DNA from: a virus
Lineage: Duplodnaviria; Heunggongvirae; Uroviricota; Caudoviricetes
IMG/VR virus record: IMGVR_UViG_2841729706_000003
Location: 1-41,667 of that record
Strand: one strand, 5' to 3'
Length of the DNA: 41,667 nucleotides
Shown: positions 1-8,000 of the stretch, one piece after another
Position numbering within the stretch: the first letter of the stretch is position 1
Layout: each line of letters opens with the position of its first letter
Program-made: the position numbers and the translations under genes
The notes under the pieces: model-generated
The model's input: the letters and a program-made list of their open reading frames with translations, nothing else
Databases searched by the model: none
What the model was told of the DNA's origin: nothing

Positions 1-522
1 TCAATCGCACCAGCTCTGACGACGACCTGTCCACTGCCGCGCAAGACCTTCCTCGACCAGCATCGCGCCGACGCTGACACCATCGATCTCAATCACCGCC
101 AGCGTGCGACCGTGCCGGTCGACAAGCCTGCCGTCGAGCGGATCGCCTCGCTTGATCTCGAATGCGCCTGGGCCGAGCAACTCGGCCAGGCGGTCGGCGG
201 CAGCGGCCGCACCCACGCGCTCCCGTTCGCACCGTGCTTCCGTTTCGGGCGTGTCGATGTCCGCCAGCCTGATCTTTTCGCCTTGAATCCAGACGGTATC
301 GCCATCAACGACGCAAGTGTGCCGCTTTGAACTCGAACATAGCTCGAAGGCCGCCGCTGGCGAAGCCAACGCACCGACCAAAGCAATGCTCAATAGGGTG
401 ATTCCGACCTGGAGGCGGTTACGATCAGATAAAATCGAATCGCTTAGAGCCGCCACAAAGAACCCTCTTTGGATCTCCGCCGTACCATATTCACTATCTG
501 CGCTGGTCGATGAGCTTTGCAA
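1..522 (-). CDS. Thermonuclease (SNase-like) family protein, probably exported; start uncertain and likely downstream of 522
   Basis: VVDGDT...IRLADIDTPE...DRHGRTLA...LVEEGLA are SNase motifs. A hydrophobic signal-like stretch (LLSIALVGALASPAAA) precedes them. Stop TGA at 1-3. Confidence 0.85.
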   Translation of the reverse strand: MQSSSTSADSEYGTAEIQRGFFVAALSDSILSDRNRLQVGITLLSIALVGALASPAAAFELCSSSKRHTCVVDGDTVWIQGEKIRLADIDTPETEARCERERVGAAAAADRLAELLGPGAFEIKRGDPLDGRLVDRHGRTLAVIEIDGVSVGAMLVEEGLARQWTGRRQSWCD

Positions 523-1735
523 TATTCCCCGATATGGACAGGTCCGGTGCGGCGTCCTCTTTCACAATCCCGTCCGCAGTAGGGCGGAATAGAGAACTGA
601 GAACGATATGACGGTCGTCCGTGCCCTCGGTTGCCTTCTCCGCGATGAGAGCGAGGTATGTCATCACCATCGTCTCCCTTTCGCGAGCATCCATTCCCAA
701 ATGAAGCTCGCTGAGGTAGAGCCGGACCAAGACCCTTCCAGCCCAGAAGGCGACGGTCGATACCACTACGCCAATTGTTGTCAGTATCAGGAATACAGCT
801 GCTGGCCGTTGAACGACCTCATTATTGTGCATAACTGGCTCAGCGAACTCGAAAGCCACACACGCGAGCACCGACAACGCAACCAGCAACGCCAACGTCG
901 CCAGGACTGCATAATAGGTGACGATAGTTTGGAGCCCTTTTGCCTTTCCTTCATGCTTTGACGCTTTGTTGCTCCAGTATTCGACCGGAGCCTTCAAAGC
1001 CATTTGTTCGCGATAAGCCGCCTCGACAGCCTTAAGGTCCGAGATTGCCGTTGAAATGTCCGATACGGCCTTCGACTTTTGCACTCTTCGTCGTGAAGCC
1101 GCCCAACGGGTGAGGACCGTCTGCCGTTTCTGCGCCTGACCAAGCAACGCTGCCGTCGATGCGGCAAGTTCGTTGTAGTTTTGATGGTCGGTTTCCGCCT
1201 GCGCCCGGAAGCGCTTGCTGACCGCATCCATTGCACTCTTCGCCGCGTAAGGGGTGCGCCTATTTATGCCAAGTCGATAGGTGCCAACGGCAGTTGCGGC
1301 CAACAGATGTTCGGGATCATTGGCATTGATCGAACGTTTTAAGATTATGGCCAGCGCTACCGTTGCGGCGGTATCGCCCAAAGCCTCCCGAGTATTTCTA
1401 ATAAAACTCGCATCCTCCGTCGAGCTGTGAAGAATCTGCCGGCTACCAGACGTCGGAGCGTAGAGCTGCTCGACATGAGCGACAAAGGCCTCCCGACTGA
1501 CCGACCCATCCTGAACGCCAACGACATGCGCTCTAAGAGTTTTCAGCGAGCTGCGAGTGATATTTGGAACATCTGTCCCGGACCGGGACGCGTTCGGCTC
1601 TTCATAAATCCACTCCCAAAACTCTGTCTCTTCGTCCACAAAAGACAGCAACTCATCTGCTGTCTTGGCACGAAACACCCCTCCGTTGTCTCCAAGGTCC
1701 CAAGACAAGAAAGGCTCTATATTTATCTCGTCCAT
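494..1735 (-). CDS. DUF6161-like coiled-coil protein with two C-terminal TM helices
   Basis: KAPVEYW..KA..H, two TM helices, then RLYLSELHL..DARER.TM..TYLAL and SLFRP..DGIVKED. The ATG at 1735 has a GGGGGG SD-like run and is preferred over the TTG at 1801. Confidence 0.7.
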   Translation of the reverse strand: MDEINIEPFLSWDLGDNGGVFRAKTADELLSFVDEETEFWEWIYEEPNASRSGTDVPNITRSSLKTLRAHVVGVQDGSVSREAFVAHVEQLYAPTSGSRQILHSSTEDASFIRNTREALGDTAATVALAIILKRSINANDPEHLLAATAVGTYRLGINRRTPYAAKSAMDAVSKRFRAQAETDHQNYNELAASTAALLGQAQKRQTVLTRWAASRRRVQKSKAVSDISTAISDLKAVEAAYREQMALKAPVEYWSNKASKHEGKAKGLQTIVTYYAVLATLALLVALSVLACVAFEFAEPVMHNNEVVQRPAAVFLILTTIGVVVSTVAFWAGRVLVRLYLSELHLGMDARERETMVMTYLALIAEKATEGTDDRHIVLSSLFRPTADGIVKEDAAPDLSISGNIAKLIDQRR

Positions 1736-1744
1736 ATCACGCCC

Positions 1745-1785
1745 CCCGACACTTCTAAGAGACGCTACTTTGATTCCCGACACTT
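1745..1785. repeat. Perfect 10-bp direct repeat CCCGACACTT, two copies 31 bp apart
   Basis: Copies at 1745-1754 and 1776-1785, just upstream of the DUF6161-like start. Confidence 0.85.
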
Positions 1786-1924
1786 TGCATCGATTGTTCA
1801 ATATCTGTCAGAGCAAACGTTGAATCTTGCTCATTTCAGCAGCAAGGCCCGCACGGCCTGTGATGTATGCTCGGGCGTCCGCCGACATGCCCGAAGCGGT
1901 GCATATCCGCGGTCTTGGCTTCGC

Positions 1925-2851
1925 TCAAGACTCGCTCACACTCCGGTCAAAGGACTGGCCGGTCGCTTCGTTCAAGGTGGGCAGCCTTGAGAGTTCGCCA
2001 CGCATATGCCGCAGCCAGGCTGACCACTCCGTTACCGGCTGCGAGGGCGCGGTCCATCCGATCGGCCATCCCATCAGCCAGTCCGAGAAGTTCGGGTTGA
2101 AGATCAGGTCGCCCGGCGAGTACCGCGTCCCAACGGTCAAATTCAAATGGAGCGGGAGCGAAGAGTGGAAGCGATACGCCCCGAACCGGCCCGCGCCGCA
2201 GGCCTTCATGATCAGGTAGATCATCGTCCACGCCCTGGCGACCTTGCCGAGCGCCAACTGACTGCCCGTCTCGTCCGGATCGTCCCTGAAGCGCAGGCCC
2301 GTCGAAGACATCTCGATCTGGACCTTGTTCGCATAGAGCGTCCGGGTCGGCGTAGGCCACAATGAAGAGGCGCCGCCGCAGGTGCGATGCGCCAGCTTCG
2401 AGCGCTGAAAACAGGCCTGCTTTGACCGCGTAGCCCATTTCCCGAAGGTCTCGGCAGACTTCGGCGGCGCCCAGATCGAGATGGCCCTCGACGTTTTCGA
2501 AAAAACACCAGACTGGCCGCACCTCCTCGACGATGCGGCGGATCGACGGCCAGAGATGCCGGGGGTCGTCGGCACCCTTTCGCCGGCCAGCGAAGGAGAA
2601 GGGTTGGCATGGATATCCGCCAGCGACGAGATGAACCTTGCCGCGCCACGGTCGGCCGTCGAAGCTGGTAACATCGTCCCAGACAGGCGCGTGATCCAGC
2701 GCCTGGTCCTCCATCCGGGCCACGAGGGTCGCCGCCGCGTAGGCTTCCCGCTCGACGAAACAGACAGTTCGATATCCGGGTTCTGCGATATGGAGGCCAA
2801 GCTCCAGTCCGCCAACGCCGGCGCAGAGCGCGATTCCTGTGAGTTGATCAT
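1925..2851 (-). CDS. Overprinted +1-frame ORF (308 aa): candidate TRD/motif-IX (beta-like) chain of the MTase
   Basis: Stop-free frame across the whole MTase gene. It carries LWPTP (2348-2362) and FNPNFSDWLMGWPIGWT (2051-2101). The ATG at 2851 overlaps the com stop (ATGA). The true start could be further downstream. Confidence 0.6.
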   Translation of the reverse strand: MINSQESRSAPALADWSLASISQNPDIELSVSSSGKPTRRRPSWPGWRTRRWITRLSGTMLPASTADRGAARFISSLADIHANPSPSLAGERVPTTPGISGRRSAASSRRCGQSGVFSKTSRAISIWAPPKSAETFGKWATRSKQACFQRSKLAHRTCGGASSLWPTPTRTLYANKVQIEMSSTGLRFRDDPDETGSQLALGKVARAWTMIYLIMKACGAGRFGAYRFHSSLPLHLNLTVGTRYSPGDLIFNPNFSDWLMGWPIGWTAPSQPVTEWSAWLRHMRGELSRLPTLNEATGQSFDRSVSES

Positions 2852-2882
2852 TTCCGGGGGGAGATAGAGCCACACGAGACAT
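1947..2882 (-). CDS. C5 DNA cytosine methyltransferase, catalytic (alpha-like) chain at the Mu mom position
   Basis: Motif I CAGVGG, IV GGYPCQPFS, VI FFENV, VIII HLRRRLFIV, X AGNGVV. No motif IX in this frame. SD GGAAAGGG; the start lies inside com. Confidence 0.93.
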   Translation of the reverse strand: MSRVALSPPGNDQLTGIALCAGVGGLELGLHIAEPGYRTVCFVEREAYAAATLVARMEDQALDHAPVWDDVTSFDGRPWRGKVHLVAGGYPCQPFSFAGRRKGADDPRHLWPSIRRIVEEVRPVWCFFENVEGHLDLGAAEVCRDLREMGYAVKAGLFSALEAGASHLRRRLFIVAYADPDALCEQGPDRDVFDGPALQGRSGRDGQSVGARQGRQGVDDDLPDHEGLRRGPVRGVSLPLFAPAPFEFDRWDAVLAGRPDLQPELLGLADGMADRMDRALAAGNGVVSLAAAYAWRTLKAAHLERSDRPVL

Positions 2883-3036
2883 CCCTTTCCAGTCGCTCTT
2901 GGCGCTCGGGTTCGGGCTCGTTTGGCCTCAAATGATTGACCGTGCCGCAGCGGCGGCACTTGATCTCGATTTCGTTGGTAGCGCCGCTCATCCTGAAGAG
3001 CAAGGCTCGGCATTTGCCGCATCGGATATCCTTCAT
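2848..3036 (-). CDS. com: Com-family zinc-ribbon translational regulator
   Basis: MKDIRCGKCRALL...IEIKCRRCGTVN (CxxC...CxxC), 62 aa, directly upstream of and overlapping a DNA-modification gene, as in Mu com-mom. Confidence 0.92.
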   Translation of the reverse strand: MKDIRCGKCRALLFRMSGATNEIEIKCRRCGTVNHLRPNEPEPERQERLERDVSCGSISPRK

Positions 3037-3043
3037 TTCAGTT

Positions 3044-3164
3044 TAACCGCAGGTCGGCCACACTCCATTTGCCCGGCCGGGCAACGGGTGCGGCGGTTAT
3101 CTTCGGTCATCGTCGGGCGGGCTTGGTTTGGCGATCGACCCGCCGCCGGCGCTCACGCGCCGGC
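3044..3164 (-). promoter_or_regulatory. Structured leader upstream of com (tandem hairpins)
   Basis: 8-bp stem with GUGA loop (3145-3164); 6-bp stem 3116-3121/3139-3144; 7-bp stem 3044-3050/3093-3099 enclosing a 16-bp palindrome TTGCCCGGCCGGGCAA (3069-3084). Confidence 0.55.
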
Positions 3165-3173
3165 CATCCGTGT

Positions 3174-3938
3174 TCAGGCGATGCGATATGATCCAGCCAC
3201 GCGAATACCAATGGCGTTCGTCGAGGGCAGAATATTCGCGATCCCCATCGCCACGACGCTTGCCGCCGAACGCACGCTGTAGAACCATATCTGGTTGGTG
3301 TTTGCCCTCGCAAAGGCGACCGCCCACCGGTCGAGTGCGTTCAACGTCACCATGCTCAGGAAGGGTGATGAACCGGGATCAAACCCAAGATCAGCGTCGT
3401 TGACGACAGGAAACGGCAATCCACCGATATAGAATTGTCCCGCAGCCGTGGTGTAGGCATTCGAATTGAACCCGACATAAAGCCAATAGTGACAAACCCC
3501 GCCGATCAAGACGTAGCGCCCCACTTGCGCGGTATAGGTCGGAACGAAGTTGCCGGGCGTGGTGAAATTGCCCGTGGGAGTGAAATTGCCGCTTTCTCTT
3601 TTGGCCAGACCGCTATCCCAGGACGTGCCGAATGTCAGAAGGACACCTTCGTCCTCGACCCAGCAAAGCCACCCGCGTCTGGGCACAAGCTTAACCCAAG
3701 CGCCATCTGTATAGAGCGCGATGTTGTGGTCCCATCCAGCCCAGGCGCCGGTCGCGCCAGAGGCGGGTAAATAGACGTCCCCCTCGGATGGCGTCCCCGG
3801 AGGAGCGGTCAGGTCACGGTCCTTGACCGAAAGCTGCACGATCGTGTCCAGCTTGCGCAGGCTTTCATTGACTGGAACGTGCTTCTGCGCCTGTGCCGGC
3901 GCGATCAGCGGCAAGTTGAGCTTCGTCGTCGTGGTCAT
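3174..3938 (-). CDS. DUF2793-domain fibre/spike-associated protein with a variable C-terminal domain
   Basis: MTTTTKLNLPLIAPAQAQKHVPVNESLRKLD...PPGTPSEGDVY...GAWAG...GAW..LVPRRGW..WVEDE. SD GAGGGT before the ATG at 3938. Confidence 0.88.
   Translation of the reverse strand: MTTTTKLNLPLIAPAQAQKHVPVNESLRKLDTIVQLSVKDRDLTAPPGTPSEGDVYLPASGATGAWAGWDHNIALYTDGAWVKLVPRRGWLCWVEDEGVLLTFGTSWDSGLAKRESGNFTPTGNFTTPGNFVPTYTAQVGRYVLIGGVCHYWLYVGFNSNAYTTAAGQFYIGGLPFPVVNDADLGFDPGSSPFLSMVTLNALDRWAVAFARANTNQIWFYSVRSAASVVAMGIANILPSTNAIGIRVAGSYRIA
3537..3590 (-). repeat. 3 x 18-bp imperfect tandem repeat encoding GNFTPT-GNFTTP-GNFVPT
   Basis: Read directly; it sits at the junction between DUF2793 and the C-terminal domain. 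Confidence 0.85.
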
Positions 3939-3948
3939 AATAGCACCC

Positions 3949-5091
3949 TCATTCGAACATCCAGACCCAAACCATGCCGGTAGCACCCGCGCCGCCGGCG
4001 CGGCCGGTCGCCGAGTTCGCGACCACGCCGCCGCCGCCGCCATCGCCGCGCGCAAAGCCGGCCTGTCCGGCCGAATTGCCGGCGAAGCCGTTGCCGCCGC
4101 CCGCCAGCATTGCCGCCGGCGCGCCGCGGCCGGCGGCGCCGTTCTGCATGTCCAGGCGGATTCCAGGCGCGCCGGGTGAGCCGGTCACGTTGAAGTCGCC
4201 GCTCGACGCGGAGCCGCCCGAACCGCCGGCAACGATCTGGCCGAAGTTTCCCGCCGTCTGGCCGGCCCCGCCGGTGCCGCCAGTCGCGGAGATATGGGAG
4301 CCGAAGGTGGTCGTGCCGCCGGTGCCACCAGTACCGCCGGCCGTGGAGCCGGCTGCACCGCCGGTGCCGATCGTCACCGCCACCGACGCGATCGACGACA
4401 CGTCGATCCACTTCCAGCCGAATCCGCCGGCACCGCCGCCGGCGCCGCAAGCGCCGTTGGACGCTCCGCCCTGGGCACCGCCGCCGCCACCGCCTGCGCC
4501 CCAGCAATAGACAAGGATGCGGCGAATTCCCGTTGGTTTCGTCCAGGTGCCGGACGCGATGAATGTCTGCTGCGCGCGCAGGATGCCTGCCGGGATGTTT
4601 GCCGTGGTCACCACGCGGACGGAGTTGACATAGAGGCTGGTGCCGTCTCCGGAGAGCGGCGTCCCGCCCAGCGCTCCGCCGGCGGCATTCAGCGGCGTAT
4701 AGCCCAGCCGGGCCGGAATGTTGGTGAAATAGCCGCTGTCGAAACCGTCGAGCTGGTCGGCATCGAGGCCGGAACCGGCGCCGTCATTGCCCTGATGCCA
4801 AACCTTGAACGCCCAGACATACATATCGTCGCTGTCGCCGGTCAGGCGGGTTCCGCCGAGTTCGACGAGCGGCACCTCAAGCGGGCCGGTCATTGCGCCA
4901 CCGAACCGGGACAGCTTCGCATCCAGCGCGTCGGCAAGGCCGACGATATCGCCCATGCCATGGGTATGAATGGCGGGCGCGTAATCGCTCGCCTCTTCAA
5001 GCGGCCGATAGCGCTGTCCGTCCCAGAACTCGATGCGGCCCGTCGTCTGGTTGTAGCCAAGCCACGATGTTGTGAGCTGGGTAACGGCCAT
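3949..5091 (-). CDS. Tail fibre-like protein with a C-terminal glycine-rich domain
   Basis: HTHGMGDIVGLADALDAK and VWHQGNDGAGSGLDADQLDG fibre motifs; QTFIASGTWTKPTGIRRILVYCWGAGGGGG Gly-rich domain. The ATG at 5091 overlaps the upstream stop (TGATG). Confidence 0.82.
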   Translation of the reverse strand: MAVTQLTTSWLGYNQTTGRIEFWDGQRYRPLEEASDYAPAIHTHGMGDIVGLADALDAKLSRFGGAMTGPLEVPLVELGGTRLTGDSDDMYVWAFKVWHQGNDGAGSGLDADQLDGFDSGYFTNIPARLGYTPLNAAGGALGGTPLSGDGTSLYVNSVRVVTTANIPAGILRAQQTFIASGTWTKPTGIRRILVYCWGAGGGGGGAQGGASNGACGAGGGAGGFGWKWIDVSSIASVAVTIGTGGAAGSTAGGTGGTGGTTTFGSHISATGGTGGAGQTAGNFGQIVAGGSGGSASSGDFNVTGSPGAPGIRLDMQNGAAGRGAPAAMLAGGGNGFAGNSAGQAGFARGDGGGGGVVANSATGRAGGAGATGMVWVWMFE

Positions 5092-8000
5092 CAGGGAAAC
5101 GTCCCCGGAATGCCGCGGCCGAAAGTGGCGCTGATCTGGTGGACGCGGAACGCAATCGACGTGATCGGTCCACCGAAATCGGCGGCCTGGTCGGCAACGC
5201 GGTAGAGCCATGCCGGCGCGCCGAGACCGAGAACAGTGCGGGCAACCGAGGCACCATTCAGGATTTCGATCTCGTAGCGCTCGAATTCCTCGCCCAGCGG
5301 CACCTCGGCAGCGTCCCAGCTATCGCCGCCGATCCGGGTTCGCCTGATCCATTTCAGCAGGAAGTCGCCGTTCGTCTGGCGGGTGGCGCGCAGGTGAACG
5401 GGCGAAAGGGGCCGGCGGCCGCGGCCGCGAAGCGTGATGGTCGACTGACTGACGCCCGGATCGGAGACGCCGCGATCGGCAGCACCGACGCGCCAGTTGA
5501 GCGGCATGCCGATGAGGCTGGCCGGAACCGATGCCTGTCCGACAGCCTGATCCAGCACGAGCACCCGCGCGCCCGCAGGCACCGGATCGCGCATCGCGTG
5601 TTCGGTGCCTCTTTGCCCGCGCAAAAGATCGGTCAATACCCAGGAGCGCCCGCCGATCGGCGTTGCGGTCGCGAACTGCAGCACTTCCCACTCGCCGACC
5701 TGGTTCTCGATCATGAAGGCGTTGGCGCCGTTGAGGACCGCAAGTTCCGACGCCGAGGTCAGCGTGCCGCGCTTCAGGTCGACATAGATAGAATTGACAC
5801 GGTCCCATCGCACGGTGGGGCCGCTGTAGACATCACCGATGGTCTCGCCGATCGCGCCAGGAACCGGAATGAGGGTGTCCAGCTCGAACCCGGTCGCTGC
5901 CGGCGAACGCCACAGCGCCACCCCGGAGCGGAAGGGCGACATAAGGCCGGCAACATAGGGCGCGTGTGGGGCGTCCTCGTCGCGCAGCAAGGCCGTGTCG
6001 GCAATCACGGCCTCGGCCTGGAGGATGGAGACGACCGGCGCAATCGCACCGGCGCTCGGTTCCGAATCGACCGTGCCGCCGGCAAGCGGGTCAATCTCGA
6101 ATGCCTCTATCCGCCGCGCCTGCGCTTCGCCTGCGCTATCGACTCGCACCGGATGGCCGGACGGCGCGAAGGCGATCACGTCGCCGGGATCGATCGCCAG
6201 GCGCGACGGCGGCAGTGTGAAGGCGTAGCGTTCGCGGCCGACCCATGCCGCATGCAATTCCAGCTCGGCGATTTCGCGGGCGCGTGTATCGGCCATGACG
6301 ACAGGCGGCGAGAACTCTACGACCCGCTGCGACCCGCCCGAAGAGCGGCGCGCTTCGCTGGAACCGGCCTGATCGTCGCGCGCCTGGTCGCCATACTTGA
6401 TCTTGATCGCATCGGGCAGCTCGGTTTCCTGCGCCCGCGTCCGGCGGAACCGCGGCGCATCCGGGCTGTCCGGGTTTATCACCAGCTCGTCGGCCGTGAT
6501 GGTGGCGACCGGCGCGCGGCCGTGTCGGGCGAGGAATTTCATAACGCCGTCGCTTTCGACCGCATCGAACTGATAGGCCGGCCGAAGCGAGTCGAGCAGC
6601 GAGCGCGGCGAAATCACATTGCCGACTGTGATTCCGTCGACCACGCCGGGGATCGGTTCGATCAGCCGCAGGCCGAAACCCGCCTCGTCGAGAATGGTTC
6701 GGATCGTCTCGGGCGCGGGTGCGGCACCCATGCGGCCCGAAAGCCAGTGTCCAGATTGCCAGTTCTGCCAGTCGCCCCAGAAATTGCGGCTGATCGGAAA
6801 GGACGGCCAGGGCCGCGAATCCCACGCCCAGATGTTCGACCGGGCGAGATCTATCATGCGCCCGCCGTAGACGGACGAAACCGGGTTGTTTGCCGCCGTG
6901 TTGTAATAGCCGATCATCGCCTGAAGCCACGATCGTTGCATCTGATCGTCGCGGGCGCGGGTCGAGTACCAGGGCAAGCCGCCTTCCGACGAAATGCGGT
7001 CGGGAAAGATATTCGGCTGGTTCGCGCCCTTGTCGACGGCGCCGCAGCCCATCTCCGTGAAGCGGATCGGCTTGGACATCGGCGTCCAGGCGGTCGCGGC
7101 ACCGCTACGCACGCCGCCGGGCCGGTTGCGATGCGCGTTGCTCCACCATCCCCGGATATCCTTGTTCCGGTAGACGAAGGGTTCGTTGTAGGCGCCGTCC
7201 GCGATCGGGGCGCGGGTCTGGGCGTCGCGCGCCGCCTTGCTGGCATAGTACCATGCGTAATGTTCACCACCTTCGACATTCGAGCGGAGATACGCCTGGT
7301 CGTAGATCGTCGCCGGCCCGGCCGGGTTGAAATCCAGATGACCGGAACCATCGCGCCAGTCCGACAACGGCAGATAGTTGTCGATGCCGATGAAGTCGAT
7401 ATTGGCGTTCGACCAGAGCGGATCGAGATGGAAGAACACGTCGCCCGATCCGTCGCCGGGCCGGTGGCTGTGATACTCCGACCAGTCGGCCGCGTAGGAA
7501 ATCTTGGTGGCGGCGCCGACGATCGAGCGGACATCGCCGGCAAGTGCTGCAAGCGCGGTCACGAAGGGATAGGCCGATGCGCTGGAGCGCACCGTCGAGA
7601 GGCCGACCATTTCCGAGCCGATCAGGAAGGACTCGACGCCGCCGGCGAGCTGCGCGAGCTTGGCGTTGTGCAGCACGAAACGCCGATAGCTCCATTCCGC
7701 CGGCCCCGAATAGGTGACGGTCGTTCCCGATCCGCCGAAATGGCCGGGCGCTGCCGTGCCGACGAAGGCGGAGACCTGCGTGCCGGCGGTGGCCGTCTTG
7801 TCGGGCGAACCCGCAAAACTGGCAGCCGGCGAACAGGTGATGCGCCCACGCCATGGAAAGGCCGGCTGGCCGCTGGCGCCTGCATTGTTGCTGTAAGGGT
7901 CCGGAAGGCTGTTGCCGGGCGGCACGTCCATCATCATGAAGGGCAGAAACATCACGTCCAGCCCGCGCGCCTTCAGCATGCGGATGCATCGGATCACGCT

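Noticed and set aside
1806-1862. TG dinucleotides at 1806 and 1859 as the phage right end
   Set aside because: They cannot be distinguished from chance without the left end and the target duplication.
2852-3022. N-terminal 57 codons of the 365-aa ORF 1925-3022
   Set aside because: They overlap com, have no SD and no motif. The ATG at 2851 is the better-supported start.
3056-3076. Third copy of the late-promoter motif upstream of com (GCCACAC...TTTGCC)
   Set aside because: Only a partial match, and the 18-nt spacing would place the -10 inside com.
3097-3327. Short ORFs 3097-3327 and 3107-3313
   Set aside because: They overlap the DUF2793 gene and the structured leader; no SD or family signal.
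3174-5091. Invertible tail-fibre segment or diversity-generating retroelement
   Set aside because: No invertase, reverse transcriptase, gix-like inverted repeats or template/variable repeat pair seen.
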